Source: Dendrobates tinctorius (taxonomy: Eukaryota). From it: a stretch of DNA of 64,000 nt. The notes under the pieces are model-generated. The model was not told where the DNA came from, ran no database searches, and saw nothing but the letters and a program-made list of their open reading frames with translations. Below are positions 12,114 through 23,694 of this stretch, piece by piece; positions within the stretch are counted from its first letter, which is position 1, and each line of letters starts with the position of its first letter. A program made the translations under genes and the position numbers. The stretch covers positions 3,968,001-4,032,000 of the forward strand of contig NW_027362008.1 in NCBI RefSeq assembly GCF_039654945.1, written 5' to 3'.

Positions 12114-13780
12114 ATGGCCACCAACATCAAGGAAGCAAGCAAGAACACGGCAAAACACCTTCTTCATCTGATATCAGAAACATCCAAGAACCTGAAGATG
12201 ATGGAAGTGACTGACCACTTTGAACTTTTGCTAGAACTTGGGACTGGATCTTTTGGAAATGTACACATGGGAAAACACAAACATTCAGGTGAGATGATGA
12301 TGATGGATGATGACTATGAAGATGACTGAGCCATCAGGGTGGTTTTAGATGAATGTGAAAGATGAAAGTGAAATCTGCTTGTACCCTGAAAAACTGTACT
12401 TGTTAACAATCATTAAGTATGACCCTAGTTGTATCCTATCTACAACGTGTCATTAGTATTCTGCACCACTACCCTCTAGTCTTATGAATGCTCCTGTGTA
12501 AAGTGATTGATCAGGTTTTTTGTATGCTTGCGAAAGTGTTATGGAATATGATGAGGATGACGATGAGGATGATGATGAATATTAACAATTATAATGTTTA
12601 TTCAACAGGACAGACCGTGGCAATTAAAATGATGGCAAAGAAGAAGACTCCAGAAGACAACTTCTTTTTGGAATATTGCATTTCACAAACCCTCAGCATC
12701 CATCGGAACATCATATTTACTCACGACATCTTCTTCCATACCAGTAGGGATTTTGTGTTTGTTCAGGAAGTGGCACCGGACGGAAATCTCCAGTCCATCC
12801 TTCTACCTAAAGTGAGATCTTAAGCTGTTCTCCACTTTTACATATTCTAAGCATTATTCATACTGCTAAAGAAGAAAATAGTGGTCTTTATTGTAGATCT
12901 GACATCTAACATTACCCTATTTCCCCAGAGTTAATAAACTCATATTTCTGTATGTAGCAGTATGGGAACCCATAATTAGGCAGGTTTAGGTTGTATGAGT
13001 ATGTGTGAGCTGGTAACATCCTCTATGTGACTGATATTTAATTTTTAGTGGAAATCTCACATTATAGAGGATATCTGATTAAGAGCAGAGTAGAACTGAT
13101 GTCTGAAGGAATTATATCTACTAGTAGAAGATATCTATAAGTCTTCTGTTCTTTTATATCAGATATGTTTTCCTTTCTGCTGTTCAGCTGTGTAATCTTC
13201 TGTGTTGTCTTTTTCTTAGGTCGGCATGCAGGAGGACATGTTGAAGCGTTGTGTTCCTCAGATCGCCAGTGCTCTGGACTTTATGCACAAAAGAGGAATG
13301 GTTCATCGGGATATCAAGCCGAATAATATTCTTTTGATGGATGCAGAATGTCACTGGATAAAGCTGGCAGACTTTGGACTCACCAGGCTCCAGGGCACAT
13401 TTGTTCCTTTTGTGCCCTGGTATAAACCCTACACTGCTCCAGAGCTCTGCTGCCTTAGACCAGGAGAACAGTTGTTGCTACATCCTAGTCTTGATGTCTG
13501 GGCTTTTGGTGTAGTCATTTTTTATGCTCTTTCTGGACTCTTTCCTTGGCATGGGGCAAAACGCGGTGATCGAGATTATAAAGAGTTTGCCTGGTGGCAG
13601 GTTGGAAGGGATCTGTCAAAAGCTCCAAAAAAGTGGAAGAAAATTTCAGTGGAGGCAAGAGCAATGTTCTGGGAACTACTGGAAATAAAAGCCTGTAAGA
13701 GAGGCTCGGCCATTGACATTCTAAAATTTATGCACTTGCCATGGAAAGCCGAGGAATCTTCAGAGACCGAAGCAACCTGA
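12114..13780 (+). CDS. SBK1-like: SBK1-like Ser/Thr protein kinase, copy 1 (312 aa); coding exons 12114-12288, 12609-12811, 13220-13780
   Basis: GT-AG introns of phase 1 and 0 splice to a 939-nt ORF. Motifs LGTGSFG, VAIK, alphaC E (FFLEY), HRDIKPNN, DFG, YTAPE, DVWAFG. SBK-family signatures FVFVQEVAPxGNL and PKVGMQEDMLKRCV..ALDFMH. Confidence 0.92.
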
Positions 13781-13870
13781 TATGTTTAATCTATGACAAA
13801 ATGCAATATGATATTTATTTTTTAATCAATAATGTCTACAAAGCAGACTGTGAACTATTGTAAATAGCTC

Positions 13871-13884
13871 AATAAATGAATAAA
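13871..13884 (+). terminator. Tandem polyadenylation signals of kinase copy 1 (equivalents at 28958, 45113, 56188)
   Basis: AATAAATGAATAAA ~90 nt after the stop codon, conserved in all four copies. Confidence 0.7.
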
Positions 13885-14953
13885 ACACACTTGTATCTTA
13901 CTAAAGTTTGTCTCGAGTAAAACAGAAAAATATATAAGTTACAGGTAAATGAACATGGGACACTCCCAAAACATTTTTAAGTCAGTTTTTTATATAAAAG
14001 TATCAAATCATAAAAAGCGATATAGAAAAGGAATTGTCATGGTATTGCTATTCACATTCTACATATTTCACATTGACATGCTTTAGCATTACAGAGTGCA
14101 ACTTTTTTGTTTATTTAAAATGAAGGTAACTGCACCTCGTTGGCTCCTGTTCACATTAGCTTGGAAGTGCCAGTCTTTTTGTCACTAAAAAAATAATACT
14201 GGTACTTTATTCCCAAATTCGATAAATATGCTGAGCCTCCATCTTGCTATTTGGACTGGATATTATGCCCATGGGTTAGGAAAACTCCCTTGGTTATACA
14301 CGACTCAAGATTTTTTACAAATACTGGATGATTTTGATTGACAAGAATTATTGCAGCTGGTGACAATCCTTGTTCTTTTGCTTTGCACACAATTCCTTTC
14401 AATTTGCAGGACCCTGGTATAACCAGGCAGCTGATACAGCAATGGATTCACCAGTTGCCGTGACTTGTAAATATATTTTTTGGAGAAAGATACTTAATTT
14501 GAACAATCCATTTCTGTTACATATCAAATTATTCTTACAATTTAAAGACAATACTCTTATCGTAAGAATAGATGTGTCTTTTACTTTTTGGAAAGCATGC
14601 AGTAAAAAATAAAATCATTATGCGTCAACACAAATTCTAATAATTTGAAAACAAAACTCTTGAGTGACTGAATATGATTGCTCTTTGTGCTCAAAAATAT
14701 TTTACTGCCTGAGTTCCCAATTCATAACAGATTCTGGTATAAAATGTCTCAATGTAAAGTCTCACTATCATTCTTGTGGGTGGCCAGGACTTCCAGCATC
14801 ACCAGACCTCTGACTTCACTGTGCTTTTGTGGGGAAAAAACTTGGCACTCATAGTAAAATCAGAGAATTTTATATTTGGATTTATTTAACATTGTCGGAG
14901 AAGAGATTTCTATTTCTACTTGGGTAGTTTCTGTCTTATGGGTACCCATGCAA

Positions 14954-15311
14954 TGAAGCATAATGAGAGAGACAGACTGCTCGCTGTCTTTCCAAATAGT
15001 CTCTAAGGTTTATTGACAGTGTGAACTTTTATAGAACAAGATCAAAAAGAAATGAAGAATACATAAGAATTGGCAAAATAGAAACGGAGGTTACACAATC
15101 GTTGACATAAAAAGATAGGTTATACAATGAGTTGTCAACCACATCCTCGGACACAAGTTAAAATTAAATGAAAAATGACAGGAATACAGGGGTGCTTTCC
15201 AAAAGTCAATGTGCTCTAAGTTAATAGTCATGAGTTCATATTCAAAAGATATTTTTCTAAAAAGATGTTAGAACATTTCACCTCAAAAGGGAAGAGAATG
15301 CATGTCCTTCA
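14954..15311 (-). mobile_element. Possible solo LTR (ERV-like), present in each unit
   Basis: Ends TGAAG...CTTCA; the minus strand has TATAAAA followed by AATAAA. No matching TSD seen. Confidence 0.35.
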
Positions 15312-15381
15312 GATTTTCTTGGAATTGTAGGAACTGACCATTAGCCATAGGACTGTGACCACATAGACAGATGATAACTGG

Positions 15382-15597
15382 ATAATAAAGATGAACAGCA
15401 TCTCATCCGGGTGAAAAAACATATAAACATTTATTGTGCCATGACAAAATGCCACAATAAATGTTTATATGTTTTTTCACCCGGATGAGATGCTGTTCAT
15501 CTTTATTATTTGGATTTCGTGTCCAACTGGGTCTTTGGACTTTGAACGTGCCTCTCTTGGATCAAGGAGTTGCTGTCAGCCACTTTTTCTTTTACGT
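15382..15597 (+). mobile_element. Short insertion unique to unit 1 with a 57-bp perfect hairpin and long TSD (resembles a 5'-inverted Penelope insertion)
   Basis: Arms 15382-15438 and 15453-15509, 14-nt loop. TSD AGATGATAACTG at 15369-15380 and 15598-15609. Empty site at ~30460-30474. Confidence 0.75.
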
Positions 15598-15611
15598 AGA
15601 TGATAACTGAA

Positions 15612-16112
15612 TGTCACGACTAGCGACGCGTTCGCGGCCGAGCCGACACCTCCACGTCGACCGACCATGCTGAAGTGGGGTGAGCATCCCAAGTGGGGAT
15701 GAAATGTGGACCCACTGGACCTCAGGGGGTACCCAAGCCTACCCAGACTAGGAAAGAGTAGTGACCGGGGTCTGTGGCAGCTGAGCATGTGGACGAGGAG
15801 GCAGAATGACATGACACCGCACACTTCAGGTATAGACATAAAGTTTACTTGAACAAGACATGGTACATAAACGAAACAATTATGCAAGGCTCCCGGTTCT
15901 GCACATCAGGGAAGGGTACATGTCTCAGGATAACAGAAGAAAGGCAGGAGGTCATTACGGGTTGATGCAGTCCAGGGTTGTCTGGCATGGGTATATTAGG
16001 GCGGCCTCTTCCTCAGTCCTCAGGCGTAGCACAGGCTCACCAGGAGAATATCAGACACCAAACACAAACAGACTTCAGAAAATGGCAGGCATTGTCTGAC
16101 GTTTCAATCACA
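15612..16112 (-). mobile_element. Possible Gypsy-type solo LTR remnant, present in each unit
   Basis: GC-richer block starting TGTCACG, with TGACA/TCACA near the other end and AGTAAA on the minus strand. TSD not resolved. Confidence 0.3.
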
Positions 16113-16494
16113 TCCATACGCGCAGTACTTCTGTATTCTCCCGCTACCCGTATTTTATCAAAAAAGCTCTAATGCCAATGGACAAAAACATAAATCTTAT
16201 CTATTTATATAAACTCTTGGTTGGTTCACTATATCCTCTAATTAGTGTCCTATCTGAGTACCCGGTTGCATACAAAAAATTGAGCATTTATATTCACATA
16301 TTGGCTTCACGTGATTTTCCCACTTCATTACAAACTCCCACCCGGTTCCTTCCCCTAGGTTTTTCCAAGTAGCAACTAACCAGAGAGTTTTATCTTACTC
16401 GCTGCTTTGAGCAATGAAAAGGCTATTTATTCACTGAGCACACATCATTTAGTCTCTATACATCAACAACGCTGCTGTACAGGAGTACGAAATA

Positions 16495-16981
16495 AATATG
16501 TTGAAGTGTATTTTCCTGGGCCCAACCAGTATGTGGGTACCAAGGTGTAATGGGGTGCATAGGACTATGCAGCAGGGCAGACATTGCTGTCACTCTGTAA
16601 ACAAAAGAGTTGGGGAGTACCATATGAATATGGTGAAGTGTATTTTCCTGGACCCAACCAGTATGTGGGTTCCAAGTGTGTAATGGGGTGCATATGACTA
16701 TGACATGAATCTCGGAAAAAAATATTTAAAGCTGTGAACTAGGAGTCAGGAATGGTTCCAGGGGCGATCCACATGATGTCCCCATGTCATTTGAGCAGTG
16801 TTTCCATCATTCTCAGATGTTTCTAGACCTTAAAATGACCCCCTTGGGGGATCGCGGCAAAAATGCTCGGGTCTCCCGTAGACTTATATTGGGCTCGTTG
16901 TTCTGTCCGAGTACCCAAGTATTACAACTTGCTCGACCCGAACAACGAGTGCCCAAGCATTTTAGTGCTCGCTCATCACTA
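16495..16981. mobile_element. hAT-like non-autonomous element remnant with an internal ~131-bp duplication
   Basis: Ends in TGCTCGCTCATCACTA (TAGTGATGAGCG-type terminus) with multiple subterminal GCTCG motifs. AATATG(T/G)TGAAGTGTATTTTCCTGG..CAGTATGTGGGT is duplicated. Confidence 0.45.
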
Positions 16982-16997
16982 ATCCCAATACATAAAA

Positions 16998-17410
16998 AGC
17001 GATACTCAATTCATGGAGAATAACTTCTCTGAAATTCACATTAATTGGGAAAATCCAAACGGTTAAGCGATTTTGAATTTTGCTGATCTGACCCATGTTA
17101 TAAAACAATCTTATCATTTATTGTGCACGATGAATGCCGTTTGAAGGGAAAAGTGAGAAACTGCTAAACTTGCTATTCTTGTTCATCTTACCTCACTAAA
17201 AAATTGAATTAAAAAATCATGTATCCCAATGCTGTACCAAAACAACTAGTTTGTTACCCAAAAACATGTCCTCATGCAGATCTGCATTCAGAAAAATTAA
17301 AAGCAACGACTCTCAATATGACAGCTATGAAAAACATATTGTGATTTTCTTGGGTATGAACATAATCATGTCAGTACACAGAATAAAGTGAACATGTCAA
17401 TTACACTGCT
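16998..17410 (-). repeat. ~412-bp inverted copy of the segment upstream of each gene (other downstream arms 31862-32275, 48021-48434, 59096-59509)
   Basis: Reverse complement of 20755-21166, and of 6545-6593 + 9701-10070 (split by CR1-A). Confidence 0.85.
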
Positions 17411-17413
17411 TAC

Positions 17414-18575
17414 GTTTGAAAATCCACCAGGCTTCCCTATTTTGTAATGTAACCTCCGTATCACCCCCTCTGATGGGTGTGTGTATTTTTTCAATTGCAT
17501 ACACCACAAGTGATTTCAGGTCAACTTTATGACATTCAATAAAATGTTTTGACACCGGAGATGCGTTTCTCTCCATGTTAATATTCTCTTTGTCACAGAT
17601 GTGTTCCCTAATTCTATTATTTAGCATGCATTTTGTGCTTCCAACATGTTTTAGATGGCAGAAGGTGCACTCCATAATATATACCACGGTTTTAGTGCTG
17701 CAATTGATAAAGGCTTTAATAGAAAAATTCTTGCTTTCACTAGAATCTCCAAAGCTAGAGCTCTTTTTAGTGTATTTACAGGACTTAGCGCCACACTTAT
17801 AAAAACCCTTGGTTTTCAGCCAATTTGTGGATTGAATTGTAGACATATTCAAAAAACTTGGTGAAACGCTCTGACCTAAAGATGGTGCTCTCCTAGAGTC
17901 TATTCTAAATCCTTTCCCTATAATACTATCTATATCTGGATCCTCTTTTAGTACAGATAAATTATTTTGAATAATTCTTCCAATAGAGGCAAATTGGTTA
18001 TTATACTGCAAGACCAATGTTACAGGATTCGCTGAATGTTCATGTGTGTTACACTGAGGTTTGAATCACAGTTTTTTATGCCACAATGTTTTCAGCTTTG
18101 CTTAAACTCCATTGGGTATAACCCCTTTGGGTCAATCGCTGCTTAATGTTAGAAACTTCCTGTTTATAATCTGTATTTGTGCTACAATTGCATTTAGCTC
18201 TTGTCATCTCCCTAACAGGTATACTTTTAATTGTATGTTTAGAATGATGGCTTTTTCCATGGAGTATAGCATTGCCTGCTGTGTTCTTTCTAAATTTTTG
18301 TGTTACTACAAGTTTACCTGAAGTTCCTTGTAAAATCAAATAAAAAAAATCAATGCATGAAATTTTATGCCGGACCACAAATTTTAAATTCAATGGATTG
18401 CAATTAATATAAAAATTAAAATCCCGTACGGCAGATACATTAGAATTCCAGATGATAATGATATCATCTATGTATCTGCCTTACCAATAGACACAATCTT
18501 TAAATGGATTATTTACAGTATAACTATACAGCTCTTCCCACCAGCTCATTACCAAGTGAAATTAGCAAGTGAAGT
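17414..18575 (-). mobile_element. Penelope-like RT/GIY-YIG fragment, 3' end cut by the inverted-repeat arm
   Basis: ORFs 17397-18017 and 18076-18393 are homologous to 138-1256 but end AWWIFK|RKQCN. Confidence 0.88.
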
Positions 18576-19095
18576 TGTCAAGCGATCCACTATATGACCA
18601 AGATGAAAATCTTTCTTTGCAATTGCGGCTTGTTCCCTGCCAACTTACGTGCATCGTTGTATTTTACATTTGGTTACGTGTGTTTTTCCATGAGTTATTC
18701 ATCCTGCTTTGAAAGTAAATGTATTTTTCATTGTTGTCATTTAGGAAAATTTAACACCATCCACTATATGATTAAGATATAAAGTATTTTTCTCATTTGC
18801 GGCTTGTTCCTCGCTAGTTTATGTGGATTGTTATGCTGGAGCATATTGCTATGAGTGTTTTTTATACGATATCGATCCGGTTTTGAATGAAATTGTTTTT
18901 ATTTTTGCTGTCACCTAGGTAATTTTACCCTCCTCCACTGAAATTGTGTTAGTGCGGTATTAGCCTATATAGATTTTTAGATCTGTGACTCTTACTATTA
19001 CTCTATGGCCCTCAGTGTATGATAAAGAGAAATGTTTTTTTCTTCTTTCTATGATTGTTATTGAGAATAATATAATAGAAAAAATGTATTTGTAA

Positions 19096-19466
19096 GGCTG
19101 TGTGCCCACGTTGAGTTTTTTAAGTGTTTTAAACACATGATTCCGTCGCATAAATGCTTAAGAAAAGCATTACATGCTATCAAAATTGATTCCGCACATG
19201 TTGTGCTAATGGTGCGTATTTTACCACTGCGGAATTGCTTAGCAGTAAAAAACGCAGCATGTTCATTAATTTTGCAGAATCGTTTGCGATTGCGCATACA
19301 TACACTTGTATTGCAAAAACGCATAGGAAAACGCATGATAAAATGCATGACAAATGCATCAAAATCGCTAGAAAAACAGCAAAAACCACATGCGTTTTTC
19401 CAGCAAAGGGTGTGCATTTCTGCTCATGAATATTCTTCTTCAAAACTGCAATGTGGGCACACAGCC
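19096..19466. mobile_element. Harbinger/Tourist-type MITE (371 bp)
   Basis: Perfect 14-bp TIRs GGCTGTGTGCCCAC / GTGGGCACACAGCC; TAA TSD. Confidence 0.85.
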
Positions 19467-19866
19467 TAAAAGCGGCTTTTCTTTCCTCTAGTCTGAGTGG
19501 ATGGCTGTAATTTTTCATTCTGACGTTTGATCTATCATATGATTTTCACTCTGTTCCAGAGGGAAATTGTATTTTCCTCTTTGGTTGCTTTGTAAAAACT
19601 CAACATCAATTTTTACAATTATGGTTCTTTGCTCCCTTATATAAATGTATATTTCTCTTCTTCTGTACTGTGGCTGCTAAGAAGAATTTACAATATACTG
19701 CGTTTGTTCTGCGCAATTGAAATACATTCTTGCCTTTATGCCATGTGGAATTCACATTGTTGATTTTAACCATGTATGTCTTCACTTGTAATTCATTTGC
19801 GTTAATTAGATATGTTGATTGTCTTTCACTAGTGTTCAGCATATTAGTGCTTTCTCAAACAATGCC

Positions 19867-19914
19867 TGTTATCATGACTAAGGGTGCTGGGACACCTGAA
19901 ACGCGTTGATAGCA
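19867..19914 (+). ncRNA. Minimal hammerhead ribozyme variant (copy 2)
   Basis: Identical to 4716-4763. Confidence 0.72.
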
Positions 19915-20754
19915 CAATCTTTTGTTCCATTCAAGCTGATATTTTTTCTATTCACATCTGAGTGAATAAAGAATTTGTATTTTCTCTTCATTGCTGAGCT
20001 GGATCATCTCTTTTTTGTTAAATTAGCCATACCTTTCTTTTTTTGGGCATATAGATGTAAAAGGGTTTTTTAAGTATTAGTTATATTTGTCAATTGTAAC
20101 ACTTTTTAAGTGTAACTTATTAGCATGATTTTATAATCACTTTGTTGCAAGAGAAATAAAGAAAACAGTAATTTTAACATTTATTTGTATTTTAAAGTTT
20201 GTGTTATCTGATGTGCTGAAAAAATAACGCAGTAACTGCATTCAGTAGGTCAGTACTAATATGGTGCTGGTAAATTTGTATAATCTTAATTATTTTTTAT
20301 GTTTTGTACAATATACACTTTAAAAAAATACATTGTTATACTGTTTTACAATTTTCTGTTAGTGGTGTGGTATGAAGATTTATTTTTGCCTGAAAATCTG
20401 CAGCTTTCGTTGGTAACAGTTTGTTGTACATGCAACTTTCTGATCACTTTTACATTATTTAGGAGGAAAAATGAAAGAAAAAGACATAAATTCTGAATTT
20501 GTTTTAATATTTTTTAAACCCCAGTCACTGTTGGGTATAACTGTCATGTCATCTTTATTTAGTGGACGATATTATGACCATATTCTCATAAACTTCACTT
20601 ATTTATTTTTCGGTTTATTGTAGGTGACGCTAATTGAGGCTTTGTTTTTGGTTATATATGCCTTTCTAGTGATTATTTATCTCATTGTTTTGTTGGGAAG
20701 CATAAACAAACAGCTATGAATTGGAAATAGTTGTTATTTTTATGGAGTTCGTCC

Positions 20755-21166
20755 AGCAGTATAATTGACATGTTCACTTTATTCTGTGTGCTGATATGAT
20801 TATGTTCATATCTAAGAAAATCACAATATGTTTTTTTAGCTGTCATATTGTGAGTCAATGCTTTGTATTTTTCTGACTGCAGATCTGTATGAGGACATGT
20901 TTTTGGGTAACAAACTAGTTGTTTTGGTATAGCATTGGGATACATGACTTTTTAATTCAGATTTTTAGTGAGATAAGATGAACAAGAATAGCAAGTTTAG
21001 CAGTTCTTTATGTTTCCCTTCATACGGCATTCATCGTGCACAATAAATGATAAGATTCTTTTATAACATGGGTCAGACCAGCAAAATTCAAAATCACTTA
21101 ACTGTTTGGATTTTTCCATTTAATTTGATTTTCAGAGAAGTTGTTCTCCATGACTTGAGTATCGCT
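20755..21166 (+). repeat. Upstream arm of the ~412-bp inverted repeat (uninterrupted copy)
   Basis: Reverse complement of 16998-17410 and 31862-32275. Confidence 0.85.
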
Positions 21167-23694
21167 GATTATGTCCTGGGATCTCTCCATGCTGATATTT
21201 TATCCTCTTTTTAAAGCTGAGTGAACAAAGAATTAATTTTTTCACTTCATCATTAAGCTCGGTCATCTCTTTTTTGGAATTTTTTACACCAAGACATGGC
21301 AGTTCCATGCTCAGAGCTTCATTATCTCTTAAAGCGGTGAGCTGGATTGGTTTATATGTCTAATGTAACGCAACAAGTATAAAAATGTTCTATAGTGAAG
21401 GTCAAAACTTGCTCCAGTATGTAACAATAAAAATGAAATAATGTAAAAACATTTTTCACTATTTCATAAAACTGAATGTATAAACCTTTCCAAAAATAAA
21501 ATGAGATTGGTGTAGAAAATCAGCTCATCAAATAAGGAAATTCTCCCATTACACTAGAAATAAATATGCAGAAACTGGTACATGACCTGTACCCATAGCG
21601 GTGCCATTTACTTGGTGGAAGAGATGAAATTAAAAATAAAATCATTTGAGTCAACTAAACATCCAATAATATTTTAAAACAAACCTATTTAGTGACTAAA
21701 AACAGATCTGTTCATCTCTAGTCAGTACATGGGTGGTAGAGGTTAGCAGTGAAACAATAGAAATTTATTTAGATGCATTTACATTGTTACATGATATGAA
21801 TACAGTTATCTTAGATCTTTTGTGACTACAGGTAAATGTTCTTTACCCAATTTAATAAAAAAATCTACTTACATCCAAATCTTCATTTCACTTGACCAAA
21901 TAGTGAGATGTTGATGCAATTATCCTTTACAGAAACCTCTTGACTATGTCTTCTGCTGACATACTCACACTTTTTAAAGAAATGTTTTTATTCAATATTG
22001 GCTCGTTCACCCGTCTTAATCTAAAGTCACTGGATGCTTCTATAATTAAATGTAAATAAAAAAAAGAAGGGGTTACCAGATATGATGATGCTATGCTACT
22101 GTGAAGGTAACGTGGCAAATTCATTTCCAGTAGATGTAAAAACAGTAAATTTCTGAAGATCATAAAAAAATAAACATCAATCAGCTATAAAAAGCTAACA
22201 CAAGTATTACATTCTTCAATATGTTGTACACTTGGATATAAACTGTTTCCTCCTCTCAGTGACATCTACTTCACTCCAGGTATTATTTGTGGTCAGAACT
22301 GGCCTCTGAGGAGCATCAAGCTGTAGACTTGTTGGTGTACAGGAGGAGTTCAGCACTGACTATCATCTCTTTCAGTTGCAGTAGACCTCTTCAATCTCCA
22401 TCTACAAAGGTGAATATATGATAAGTATAGCACAGCATATAGTAGATGGTATTACTGCAGATCCCTGGGGAATTATGCAATGCTGGAACATTATTACAGT
22501 GACTGGACACTATTATACAATTGTGCATTTCTAGTCGCAGTTTACACGAGGTGATTACAGTATGTTATTATGGGTCTCAAAGATGTTTCATGCTTTATTC
22601 AATACCATATCTCATTTCATTTTATTCAGGATGGCCACCAACATCAAGGAAGCAAGCAAGAACACGGCAAAACACCTTCTTCATCTGATATCAGAAACAT
22701 CCAAGAACCTGAAGATGATGGAAGTGACTGACCACTTTGAACTTTTGCTAGAACTTGGGACTGTATCTTTTGGAAATGTACACATGGGAAAACACAAACA
22801 TTCAGGTGAGATGATGATGGATGATGACTATGAAGATGACTGAGCCATCAGGGTGGTTTTAGATGAATGTGAAAGATGAAATTGAAATCTGCTTGTACCC
22901 TGACAAACTGTACTTGTTAACAATCATTAAGTATGACCCTAGTTGTATCCTATCTACAACGCGTCATTAGTATTCTGCACCACTACCCTCTAGTCTTATG
23001 AATGCTCCTGTGTAAAGTGATTGATCAGGTTATTTATATGATTTTAAAAGTGTTATGGAATATGATGATGATGAATATTAACAATTATAATGTTTATTCA
23101 ACAGGACAGACATGGCAATTAAAATGATGGCAAAGAAGAAGACTCCAGAAGACAACTTCTTTCTGGAATATTGCATTTCGCAAACCCTCAGCATCCATCG
23201 GAACATCATATTTACTCACGACATCTTCCATACCAGTAGGGATTTTGTGTTTGTTCAGGAAGTGGCACCGGCCGGAAATCTCCAGTCCATCCTTTTACCT
23301 AAAGTAAGATCTTAAGCTGTTCTCCACTTTTACATACAGTGCCTACAAGTAGTATTCAACCCCCTGCAGATTTAGCAGGTTTACACATTCGGAATTAACT
23401 TGGCATTGTGACATTTGGACTGTAGATCAGCCTGGAAGTGTGAAATGCACTGCAGCAAAAAAGAATGTTATTTCTTTGTTTAATTTTTTTTTTAAATTGT
23501 GAAAAGTTTATTCAGAGGGTCATTTATTATTCAACCCCTCAAACCAGCAGAATTCTGTTTGGTTCCCCTAAAGTATTAAGAAGTATTTCAGGCACAAAGA
23601 ACAATGAGCTTCACATGTTTGGATTAATTATCTCTTTTTCCAGCCTTTTCTGACTATTTAAGACCCTCCCCAAACTTGTGAACAGCACTCATAC

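Noticed and set aside
12045-12329. 94-aa ORF with an N-terminal extension and acidic tail (GEMMMMDDDYEDD)
   Set aside because: Both extensions are intronic. There is a good acceptor before MATN and a donor after HSG, and the tail is a GAT-rich microsatellite whose length varies between copies.
12488-12823. Stand-alone 105-111-aa and 184-aa kinase ORFs as separate genes
   Set aside because: They are exons of one spliced gene, with compatible phases.
23112-23315. New ATG created by the frameshift rescuing copy 2
   Set aside because: It would lack the G-loop exon, lies downstream of the normal start, and the promoter is also deleted.
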